The position numbers and the translations under genes were made by a program. From positions 1,560 through 65,559 of the forward strand of contig CAKRDZ010000010.1 in the NCBI GenBank assembly GCA_934316845.1: a DNA stretch of 64,000 nt, read 5' to 3'. How positions within the stretch are numbered: position 1 is the stretch's first letter; every line of letters begins with the position of its first letter. Positions 23,600 through 31,273 of this stretch are shown one piece after another. Below the pieces are notes generated by a model. The model ran no database searches, had not been told where the DNA came from, and saw only the letters and a list, made by a program, of their open reading frames with translations. The stretch comes from an uncultured Eubacterium sp. (lineage in GTDB: Bacteria; Bacillota; Clostridia; Lachnospirales; Lachnospiraceae).

Positions 23600-25021
23600 G
23601 TGAAAAGTCTAATAAAAAAATGGATAAAAACGTGGATCGGAGCAGCCGGTCTTACCGCAGCAATACTGTTGATACCTACGGGAGCAGAAGCGGTTTCCGG
23701 GCAAAAGGATCTGAGAGTTTCTGCGGAAGCAGCATGTGTCATGGATCTGCAGTCGGGAACGGTATTATATGATAAAAACATGAACAAAAAAGAATACCCG
23801 GCGAGTATTACAAAAATTATGACAACCTTAGTGGCAATGGATAATTCTTCCCTGTCAGAAACTGTCAAATACGATGACCGTGCGTATACGAACTGGGAAA
23901 GCCGGGCTTCTAACATAGGTATCGTCGATGGCGAAAAACTCAGCATGGAAAATAGTTTATACGCGATCATGCTTGCTTCTGCCAATGAAGTCTGCAATGG
24001 TGTTGCGATCCATGTTGCCGGAAGTATTGATAATTATGTGGCAAAGATGAACGAGAAAGCCAAAGAGCTGGGATGCAAAAATACACATTTTATGAATCCA
24101 AATGGATTGTGGAATAAAGATCATTATACTACACCATACGATATGGCTTTGATCGGAAGAGCAGCGATGCAGAACGAAGACTTCCGGACAATCGCTTCTA
24201 CCAAATATTATGATATCGGTAAATCCAATAAGAGAAAACACATTGATCCGATGGGAAATCATCATAAGATGTTAAATCCGGGAAATATGCCAAAATACGG
24301 TTACAAATACTGTATCGGCGGAAAGACCGGATATACCGATAAATGCCGCTACACACTTGTAACCTTTGCAAAAAAAGGAAATATGGAACTGGTATGTGTA
24401 GTCATGCGCGTAGACGGTTCTCCGTATATGGATACAAATGCGTATACCGATACGACAAGATTGTTTAATTATTGTTTTGAAAAATATGACAAGACGATGA
24501 TCCAGGATGACACATCGAACGAGATCAACAAAGAATATTTATTTACAAACTTTAGTCCATTTTACAGTAAAGATACGAGTTCCCTGCATGTCGATGAAAA
24601 TGCCGGTGTCATACTTCCAAAAGGAGTAACGATCGATCAGACAGAGAAAAAAGTGAACTATCTGGACAAACCGCAAAACCAAAACGGAAAAAATGTAATC
24701 GGCCGAATCTCTTATACATATAAAGGAGAAGATGTTGGAGGCGCAGACATTTATTACGATGAAACCGATGCTTCGACATTAAAAGACAGCATTAATATGA
24801 ACGAGTGGTTTCAAGAGGCTGTAGAGACAGCGCAGAAAGAGCCGTTCCCGGTGAAAAAAGTAATGCTGATCGTCATATTGGTGGTCTGTGTTGTCGGAGT
24901 CAGCATTGTATGCGTGATCCGTATCCGGAGTTATCAACAGAAAACAGAATACCGCAGAAGATATCAGAGAACAAGAAAACAAATGCGGAAAAGAGACCGC
25001 GATTTTTATACAAAAAGATAA
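23600..25021 (+). CDS. D-alanyl-D-alanine carboxypeptidase (S11 family, PBP5-like) with a C-terminal TM anchor
   Basis: Signal peptide, SxxK (PASITKIMT), SAN (SANE) and KTG (GGKTGYT) motifs, and a C-terminal TM followed by a basic tail. GTG start after AAAGGATAGG. Confidence 0.9.
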   Translation: MKSLIKKWIKTWIGAAGLTAAILLIPTGAEAVSGQKDLRVSAEAACVMDLQSGTVLYDKNMNKKEYPASITKIMTTLVAMDNSSLSETVKYDDRAYTNWESRASNIGIVDGEKLSMENSLYAIMLASANEVCNGVAIHVAGSIDNYVAKMNEKAKELGCKNTHFMNPNGLWNKDHYTTPYDMALIGRAAMQNEDFRTIASTKYYDIGKSNKRKHIDPMGNHHKMLNPGNMPKYGYKYCIGGKTGYTDKCRYTLVTFAKKGNMELVCVVMRVDGSPYMDTNAYTDTTRLFNYCFEKYDKTMIQDDTSNEINKEYLFTNFSPFYSKDTSSLHVDENAGVILPKGVTIDQTEKKVNYLDKPQNQNGKNVIGRISYTYKGEDVGGADIYYDETDASTLKDSINMNEWFQEAVETAQKEPFPVKKVMLIVILVVCVVGVSIVCVIRIRSYQQKTEYRRRYQRTRKQMRKRDRDFYTKR

Positions 25022-25022
25022 G

Positions 25023-25113
25023 TTATCCACAAAATTGTGGATAACTTATGGATAACTTGGCGTTTTTGGTGGATAAATGTAGAATTTACTGTTTATTCTT
25101 AATGTTATCCACA
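25023..25113. promoter_or_regulatory. DnaA-box cluster outside oriC (five boxes in 91 bp)
   Basis: Perfect TTATCCACA at 25023-25031 and 25105-25113. Perfect TGTGGATAA at 25036-25044. One-mismatch TATGGATAA at 25047-25055 and GGTGGATAA at 25068-25076. Confidence 0.75.
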
Positions 25114-25370
25114 TCTCGTTTCAAGCGTTCTACTTCTTCTGATGCTTTGTTGATACGCTCAATTTCCTCCAAAAAGGCATCAGAAGTATCGTTTTTATGT
25201 GCTTCATAATATTTTTTACCAATCTCGATGTAGCAGCGGTCAATGGTTCTCTCGTGATTACGGATCTGGCTGTTCAGAGAAGATACCTCAGAAATTTCTT
25301 TTGCTTTGTCCGTAATTTCGTCAGCTGTGTTATTTATTACATCGGATAGTTTGTCAAAAAAACCTGCCAT
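25086..25370 (-). CDS. Hypothetical 94-aa coiled-coil protein
   Basis: ATG preceded by AAAGGAGA. A TTGACA-16-TAAAAT promoter lies on the minus strand around 25405-25450. Heptad-rich charged sequence with no recognisable family. Confidence 0.6.
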   Translation of the reverse strand: MAGFFDKLSDVINNTADEITDKAKEISEVSSLNSQIRNHERTIDRCYIEIGKKYYEAHKNDTSDAFLEEIERINKASEEVERLKRDVDNIKNKQ

Positions 25371-25472
25371 GATGATATGTTCTCCTTTCTTCCTGCAGAA
25401 TATTTACAATGTTTACTAATATTTTAAACCTTTTTTTTGGCATGTCAAGGAAAAATTTTTTCACAAATTCTG

Positions 25473-25805
25473 TTATTTAGCAAAAATGCCAGCTGTTCCA
25501 TCATAATCAAAATAATGATTGATAGAATTAACTTCAAGTATATCTGCTGTTCGAATATCACGGATGCATTTTGTTAAATATGGATATTTTTTGATTAATT
25601 TTTGAGTCAAAAGAAAAATTTCTGAGTTTGAGAGTTTTTCAGTGCTTATGTAGCCAGATCCCTGAGGATGAAGAAAACCGTTATCATTTAGAAAATTCCC
25701 TATGTCATCATATATTTTTCGATATCCCTTTCCCAAAATTTGTTCACATACTTTAGTGTCCAAATCAAACATAATTTGTTTTCTATATCGAGTTCGTTTA
25801 TTCAA
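25473..25805 (-). CDS. vapD: VapD family protein (Cas2-like endoribonuclease fold)
   Basis: ...QIMFDLDTKV..GYRKIYDDIGNFLNDNGFLHPQGSGYIS...LTKCIRDIRTADI... aligns with the VapD hallmarks FDL, Y..YDD, GF..QGS.Y and (V/I)RDIR. Start uncertain: TTG at 25805 (AGAGGG upstream) or ATG at 25772. Confidence 0.75.
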   Translation of the reverse strand: MNKRTRYRKQIMFDLDTKVCEQILGKGYRKIYDDIGNFLNDNGFLHPQGSGYISTEKLSNSEIFLLTQKLIKKYPYLTKCIRDIRTADILEVNSINHYFDYDGTAGIFAK

Positions 25806-26112
25806 TATATTTCATACCCTCTTTCTTATAATGTCTAATCATTTCCTGTTTACAATCTTCACTTCCACCAGCTGTAGTTAGAATCCATGTACGTAGATAT
25901 TTGACATATTCTGTTGTATCAGAAGCCATTTTCATAACATAAATCATTATATCACAAAGTGCATTTTCTCCTTCACCACTAAAAACACCACTGCTGCTTT
26001 CAATGATACCATATTGTTTCGAATGTTCTCTCATTGGATTTAACATGTCATATTCCGTGATGCCATCTATTCTCATTTTTTCGTAATCCAAATCAAAAGT
26101 AAGCGTAACCAT
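25798..26112 (-). CDS. Hypothetical 104-aa protein, upstream partner of vapD (VapX-position gene)
   Basis: Start set at the ATG at 26112 (AAGGAG 9 nt upstream), giving MVTLTFDLDYEKMRIDG... Overlaps the vapD start by 8 nt. Its N-terminus (beta-strand plus FDLD) loosely mimics VapD itself. Confidence 0.6.
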   Translation of the reverse strand: MVTLTFDLDYEKMRIDGITEYDMLNPMREHSKQYGIIESSSGVFSGEGENALCDIMIYVMKMASDTTEYVKYLRTWILTTAGGSEDCKQEMIRHYKKEGMKYIE

Positions 26113-26184
26113 ATAATTCATCTCCTTCTTTAAAAGAATAATCACTTTGCAATTATAGTGTACCACACATTAAATTTGCTATCA

Positions 26185-26208
26185 AGAGCCAAGCGGCTCT
26201 TTTTTTTA
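26185..26208 (+). terminator. Plus-strand intrinsic terminator with no plus-strand gene upstream
   Basis: AGAGCC (26185-26190) and GGCTCT (26195-26200) form a stem with a 4-nt loop, followed by an 8-T run. On the minus strand no U-tract follows the stem. Confidence 0.55.
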
Positions 26209-26579
26209 TTCTAAATTAATTTGAAAAAGAGAATAAATAAGTGGAGGTGATGCTTATAAGGGAAAATTTTCAAATAAAAAAAATAGTCATACTAAAATTA
26301 GAAAACTAAAGAAAGGAAGATTAATATGATGAAATGGATAAAAAAACTAGAATGGAAAAACTTCAACTTAAAGATCAAATTTGATACTGTTAAAAATTAT
26401 TTTTTGAAACTAAAATTTAATATTTTTCTTAAAAGAAAATTAGGACTAAATCTTAATATTAAGTTTTGTCGTAAAAGAAAGAAATTTTTTGTATTTCAAA
26501 TGAAAATTATGGGATACATAAAAATTGGTAATTTCTGTAAAAAATTTTCTTATAAGCATAACATTTCTTTAATTAAGTA

Positions 26580-26762
26580 TTGTTGTAGGCTTATTATAAA
26601 AAAGTTATTCTAGTTTTTCAATGAGGGATTTAGAACACCGTCAGTACATAGAGGTCGTAGTTTGACCTCATGTACTGTTACGTGTGTTCTTCTAAGCGCA
26701 AGCGGTCCCGAAGGGGAAAACTAGAATACTTTTTAAATTATAAATTTACAACAAATTTTTTC
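26580..26762 (+). ncRNA. Candidate structured RNA or DNA element: about 180-nt rod-like imperfect hairpin, unknown class
   Basis: An outer AT-rich stem (26580-26619 with 26716-26754) encloses an asymmetric internal loop. Inner stems are 26632-26641/26680-26690 and 26642-26656/26664-26677 (14 bp, one bulge, 7-nt loop). A GC-rich 3' bubble contains a GCAA-tetraloop mini-hairpin. A T6 run follows directly on the plus strand. Confidence 0.35.
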
Positions 26763-26791
26763 TTGCAACTTCTCCACAAATATTATATACT
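26763..26791 (+). promoter_or_regulatory. Sigma-A promoter of the ZTP-riboswitch pur operon
   Basis: TTGCAA (26763-26768), 17-nt spacer, TATACT (26786-26791). Confidence 0.6.
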
Positions 26792-26798
26792 AAAGACA

Positions 26799-26899
26799 GA
26801 GACCATACGACTGGCGGAAAAGTAGGAATACCTACGGGGAGTATGGTAAATGCAGCCGACCGCCTGGGCAGACCGTAAGGTGACCCCAGGCGGTCTTTT
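26799..26899 (+). ncRNA. ZTP riboswitch (pfl motif) with expression-platform terminator
   Basis: P1 CCATAC/GTATGG, conserved GACTGGCG, P2 GTAGG-AATA-CCTAC, CGGGGAG, a linker, then the pseudoknot strand CCGACCGCCTGGGCA. The terminator stem GACCGCCTGGG (26858-26868) / CCCAGGCGGTC (26885-26895) plus TTTT overlaps the pseudoknot strand. Sits upstream of purine genes. Confidence 0.9.
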
Positions 26900-26942
26900 C
26901 AATATAATAAAATAATTTATAGGTAAAAAAGGAGAGAATGCA

Positions 26943-27656
26943 ATGCAGATGTTATCGTTGGAAAAAGAATTGAAAGAAAATGCTTATCCGGGAAGAGGAA
27001 TCGTGATCGGAAAATCCCCAAATGGAAAGTACGCCGTGACGGCATATTTTATTATGGGAAGAAGTGAAAACAGCCGGAACCGCGTCTTTGTAGAGGATGG
27101 AGAAGGAATCCGCACACAGGCATTTGATCCGTCAAAATTGAGTGATCCAAGTCTGATCATTTACGCACCTGTCCGTGTGCTTGGCAACAAAACGATCGTG
27201 ACAAACGGAGATCAGACCGATACGATCTATGAACTGATGGACAAACAGCAGACATTTGAGCAGGCACTTCGTACGAGAGAATTTGAGCCGGACGGACCAA
27301 ATTATACACCTAGAATTTCCGGTATCATGCATGTGGAAAATGGCGAATACAACTATGCAATGTCCATTTTGAAGAGCAACAACGGAAATCCGGACGCCTG
27401 CAACCGATACACATTTGCCTATTCCAATCCGGTCAATGGAGAAGGTCATTTTATCCATACATATATGTGCGACGGCGATCCATTGCCAAGTTTTGAAGGA
27501 GAACCAAAATTGGTGGAAATGTCGGATGATATGGAAAAATTTACCAATATGCTTTGGGAGAGTCTGAACGAGGACAATAAAGTATCTCTCTTTGTAAGAT
27601 ATATTGACATCGCGACCGGTGAGACCAAATCTACAATTGTAAACAAAAACAAATAA
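26943..27656 (+). CDS. purO: IMP cyclohydrolase, PurO-like (archaeal type)
   Basis: 237 aa. ENAYPGRGIVIG...YFIMGRSENSRNR...VTNGDQTD is typical of the PurO family. Partnered with an AICARFT-only PurH in the same operon. Confidence 0.8.
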   Translation: MQMLSLEKELKENAYPGRGIVIGKSPNGKYAVTAYFIMGRSENSRNRVFVEDGEGIRTQAFDPSKLSDPSLIIYAPVRVLGNKTIVTNGDQTDTIYELMDKQQTFEQALRTREFEPDGPNYTPRISGIMHVENGEYNYAMSILKSNNGNPDACNRYTFAYSNPVNGEGHFIHTYMCDGDPLPSFEGEPKLVEMSDDMEKFTNMLWESLNEDNKVSLFVRYIDIATGETKSTIVNKNK

Positions 27657-27678
27657 ATTAAAAAATGGGGGAAATTGT

Positions 27679-29790
27679 ATGAGCAAAATTAAGCGGCTTT
27701 TAAGTATATTTTTAACGCTTGTGTTGATCATCACATGCTTTCCAAACGAAAATGTCTTTGCCGAGGCAGAAGGAACGGAAAGTGACATTACAAAAAATCT
27801 TCCGATTGATCGAAGTTACAAAATATCATCGGAAGAAGGACTAAAATCAACGAATGTATTAACAGATACTTATCCAAGATACGGGCATGGTACTTATTCT
27901 TATCTGGAAGAAATAGAAGAAGGTGGTTTCCGCCGTATCGAGGCACAGGATGGAAATGTATATATCCAGATATATAGTGCGGATTATAAGCTGCTTTCTA
28001 CCAAAACGATCAAGTATGCATTGCCAAAATTTGGTGGATATTTTAAAGGTAAAGATGCGCGCTATATCGTGTATGGAAAAAATAATCATGAATCGGATAG
28101 TACAGCGGAAGTTGTCCGGGTTGTCAAATACGATGATGACTGGAATGAACTTGGACAGTGCAGTATAATAAGTAAAAATGTATATGAGCCTTTTGCAGCC
28201 GGTAATGTGAGTATGACGGAAAATGAGGGAATCCTTTATATCCATACGTCAAGACTGCTTTACTGGGATACGGTAAAAGATAAGGTAGAAATTCACCATC
28301 AGGCAAATCTTACCTATGCGGTGGATGAAGACAGTATGGAATGTGTCATGAATGAAGCTCCTGGTGACTGGGTTTCCCATTCTTTTGCCCAATATATTCT
28401 TACAGATGGAGATTCTGTATACCGATTAGACCTTGGAGATGCCTATCCTCGTGCGATTAATCTCGTAAAAACGGTTGCTTACCGCCAGCCGGAGGATGAA
28501 AAGGCATGGTTTTTGACTACAACGAGATATTTACTGTTACAAATTATAGGAGGCTTAGGTGATAATTATACCGGTGTATCAATGGGAGGTTTTGAACTTA
28601 TGGGGGATACGCTCATCACTGCCGGCTCTTCTATCGTTCAGGATTCATCTGTTACAAAAGTTGCGAATCAGGATACATACAGAAACATCTTTGTACTTAC
28701 CATGGATAAGGACTGTAATTCGGGAGCCAGTTTTAAGTGGATTACCGATTATAAAGAAGAGGATGGAATCCGCATTTTAAATCCACAGTTAATAAAGGTA
28801 AAAGATGGATGTTATATATTCTGGGAAGAATATTACGCAGAACGAGACAGAAACTTCTGGGTGACAAGAGTTGCAAAACTCAAGGAGGATGGAAGTCTCG
28901 ATGGCAAAATCCACAAGATTCATGCCAGATTGTCAAACTGTCGGCCAATTGTGACATCGGATGATCATTTTATCTGGTATTCAACCATGGATTCAACGCC
29001 GACATTTTACTCTCTTGATATGAATCGACTGGATGATTATGATTTTAACGGACGTATATTTGCAGACCAGTTTGAAATAAAACTTTCACAGTATACGTAC
29101 ACAGAAATCAATGATCCATCAAGAATGCATGCTTTTAAGCCGGACGTGACGGTGTATTATGAGGGCGAAAAGTTAGTATATGGACAAGATTACACTTATA
29201 GGTATGAAGATAATTACACACAGGGAACTGCTTATGTAGATGTGACAGGAAAAGATTTCTTTGTAGGAACACAGAGAGTTTCATTCCAAATTCTGCCGGC
29301 AGAGGAAGATCCGCCGTATCAGGAACCGTCCTGGACAAGTAAACCGGGCACAACCAGCAAACCTGGTTCAACAATCCGGCCGACGGTAACCAAAAAACCA
29401 ACGGCAATGATCCGGCCGACAGCAACCGGAAAACCAACGACAATCAATACAGGCAGCAATACTGACACCGGTAATAACAGCAGCAGTGTAACTTCCGCCA
29501 CACCTCAAAAGGTAAAGGGCGTAAGAGTTTCCAATCTGAAAGGGAAAAAAGCCGTAGTATCCTGGTACAAACAGGAAGAAATGTCCGGTTATCAGATACA
29601 GTATGCGCTTAATAAAAAGTTTACCAAAGGCAAAAAGAAGTTGTCAGCATCCCGGTCTTCGGCTTTCCGGATAATAACCAAGCTGAAGAAAAAGACGTAT
29701 TATTTCCGTGTGCGGACTTACAAATATTCCGGCGGAAGCAGGATTTATGGCACATGGAGTAAAAGGGTAAAGATCAAGATAAGAAAATAA
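27679..29790 (+). CDS. Secreted or cell-surface protein of unknown function (703 aa) with a T/P-rich linker and a lysine-rich Fn3-like C-terminal module
   Basis: Signal peptide MSKIKRLLSIFLTLVLIITCF...VFAEA. Large N-terminal domain without recognisable motifs. Linker TSKPGTTSKPGSTIRPTVTKKPTAMIRPTATGKPTT. The C-terminus KGKKAVVSWYKQEEMSGYQIQYA...YYFRVRTY is Fn3-like. Only 22 nt after purO and 35 nt before purH. Confidence 0.7.
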   Translation: MSKIKRLLSIFLTLVLIITCFPNENVFAEAEGTESDITKNLPIDRSYKISSEEGLKSTNVLTDTYPRYGHGTYSYLEEIEEGGFRRIEAQDGNVYIQIYSADYKLLSTKTIKYALPKFGGYFKGKDARYIVYGKNNHESDSTAEVVRVVKYDDDWNELGQCSIISKNVYEPFAAGNVSMTENEGILYIHTSRLLYWDTVKDKVEIHHQANLTYAVDEDSMECVMNEAPGDWVSHSFAQYILTDGDSVYRLDLGDAYPRAINLVKTVAYRQPEDEKAWFLTTTRYLLLQIIGGLGDNYTGVSMGGFELMGDTLITAGSSIVQDSSVTKVANQDTYRNIFVLTMDKDCNSGASFKWITDYKEEDGIRILNPQLIKVKDGCYIFWEEYYAERDRNFWVTRVAKLKEDGSLDGKIHKIHARLSNCRPIVTSDDHFIWYSTMDSTPTFYSLDMNRLDDYDFNGRIFADQFEIKLSQYTYTEINDPSRMHAFKPDVTVYYEGEKLVYGQDYTYRYEDNYTQGTAYVDVTGKDFFVGTQRVSFQILPAEEDPPYQEPSWTSKPGTTSKPGSTIRPTVTKKPTAMIRPTATGKPTTINTGSNTDTGNNSSSVTSATPQKVKGVRVSNLKGKKAVVSWYKQEEMSGYQIQYALNKKFTKGKKKLSASRSSAFRIITKLKKKTYYFRVRTYKYSGGSRIYGTWSKRVKIKIRK

Positions 29791-29825
29791 ACTAAAAAAT
29801 AAATAGCAAAGAAAGGACGTAACCG

Positions 29826-31004
29826 ATGAAAGAATTAGAATTAAAGTATGGCTGTAACCCAAACCAGAAACCATCCCGTATCTACATGGAGAATGGCGAG
29901 CTGCCGATCAAAGTATTAAATGGAAAACCGGGATATATCAACTTCCTGGATGCCTTTAATGGCTGGCAGTTAGTAAAAGAATTGAAGAAGGCGACCGGAC
30001 TTCCGGCAGCAACTTCTTTCAAACACGTATCTCCGGCAGGTGCTGCGGTAGGACTTCCACTGAGTGAAGTAGAGTCAAAGATCTACTGGGTTGATGATCT
30101 TGGAGAATTGTCTCCGCTTGCCAGCGCTTATGCGCGTGCCAGAGGCGCAGACCGTATGTCTTCCTATGGAGACTTTATTGCGCTGTCTGATGTATGTGAT
30201 GTATCTGCTGCCAAATTGATCAAGAGAGAATTTTCTGACGGAATCATTGCGCCGGGTTATGAACCGGAAGCACTGGAACTGTTGAAAGAAAAGAAAAAGG
30301 GAAGTTATGCGATCATTGAGATTGATCCAAATTACGAGCCGGCTCCGATCGAACACAAAGAAGTATATGGTGTGACATTTGAGCAGGGACGCAATGAATT
30401 GAATATTGACAAAGATTTCTTCAATAACATTGTGACGGAAAATAAAGAACTTCCAGATTCTGCCAAAATTGATATGGCAATTGCAATGATTACATTGAAA
30501 TATACACAGTCTAATTCTGTATGTTTTGTAAAAGGCGGTCAGGCAATCGGTATCGGTGCCGGACAGCAGTCTCGTATCCACTGTACAAGACTTGCCGGAA
30601 GCAAAGCAGATAACTGGCTTCTCCGTCAGTCACCACAAGTTCTCAATCTTCCATTCAAAGAAGGGTTGAAACGTGCAGAGCGTGATAACGCAATCGATAA
30701 TTACATCGGTGAAGATTATCTCGATGTCATCGGAGATGGCTGCTGGGAGAAATATTTCACAGAGAAACCGCCGGTATTTGAAAAAGCGGAAAAGGAAAAA
30801 TGGCTGAAAGAATATGCCAAAGATGTTACACTTGGTTCCGATGCATTCTTCCCATTTGATGATAATATCGAAAGAGCTTACCGCAGCGGAGTAAAATACA
30901 TCGCACAGCCGGGTGGATCGATCCGCGACCAGGATTGTATTGATGCATGTAACCGTCACGGAATGGTTATGAGTTTCACAGGAATCCGCCTGTTCCACCA
31001 CTAA
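29826..31004 (+). CDS. purH: Phosphoribosylaminoimidazolecarboxamide (AICAR) formyltransferase, AICARFT domain only
   Basis: 392 aa. LKYGCNPNQ and SFKHVSPAGAAVG are present, with the C-terminal GSDAFFPF...YIAQPGGSIRD. No MGS-like IMP cyclohydrolase domain. Confidence 0.88.
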   Translation: MKELELKYGCNPNQKPSRIYMENGELPIKVLNGKPGYINFLDAFNGWQLVKELKKATGLPAATSFKHVSPAGAAVGLPLSEVESKIYWVDDLGELSPLASAYARARGADRMSSYGDFIALSDVCDVSAAKLIKREFSDGIIAPGYEPEALELLKEKKKGSYAIIEIDPNYEPAPIEHKEVYGVTFEQGRNELNIDKDFFNNIVTENKELPDSAKIDMAIAMITLKYTQSNSVCFVKGGQAIGIGAGQQSRIHCTRLAGSKADNWLLRQSPQVLNLPFKEGLKRAERDNAIDNYIGEDYLDVIGDGCWEKYFTEKPPVFEKAEKEKWLKEYAKDVTLGSDAFFPFDDNIERAYRSGVKYIAQPGGSIRDQDCIDACNRHGMVMSFTGIRLFHH

Positions 31005-31022
31005 AAAATTTGATAACAATTC

Positions 31023-31062
31023 AGGGCTTCCCACCATGTCATCTGCATGGACGGGAAGCCCT
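31023..31062. terminator. Hairpin between the convergent purH and small zinc-ribbon gene
   Basis: AGGGCTTCCC (31023-31032) pairs with GGGAAGCCCT (31053-31062), with an inner CCATG/CATGG stem. The T-tract is weak. Confidence 0.45.
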
Positions 31063-31066
31063 TGTA

Positions 31067-31273
31067 TTATCGAAAAAGTACGCAGTTTCCGCATTCACGA
31101 TAATAGCGGATGCGCTTTTCCAAAGCCGCGCGGTCACAGCCGAGTTTTCTGCTGAGACAATCCAGACAGAGAAATTCCGTTGCGGTGCGGTTTACCAGCT
31201 TCATGTAAATTGCTTTTTCATCGCTCGTCAAGCGGGCGTCACAGGTCATACAAGTTTTGTGAAAATTTTCCAT
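31067..31273 (-). CDS. Small Cys-rich (zinc-ribbon-like) protein, 68 aa
   Basis: MENFHKTCMTCDARL...LCLDCLSRKLGC...RECGNCVLFR has CxxC pairs. Its ATG overlaps the stop of the alpha-galactosidase gene (TAATG). Confidence 0.5.
   Translation of the reverse strand: MENFHKTCMTCDARLTSDEKAIYMKLVNRTATEFLCLDCLSRKLGCDRAALEKRIRYYRECGNCVLFR

Noticed and set aside
26326-26613. A 95-aa lysine/phenylalanine/isoleucine-rich ORF with a plausible RBS (AAAGGAAG) in the AT-rich islet.
   Set aside because: Its composition (K, F, N, I, L) is what random translation of AT-rich DNA gives, and it has no recognisable motif. Its 3' end lies inside the outer stem of the structured element. It is kept only as a possibility and not called as a CDS.
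26580-26762. The structured element as SRP RNA or as a retron msr-msd.
   Set aside because: GGTCCCGAAGGGG superficially resembles the SRP helix-8 GGAA tetraloop region, but it is not at the apex of the rod and the flanking symmetric-loop motifs are missing. No reverse transcriptase gene is adjacent on either strand.
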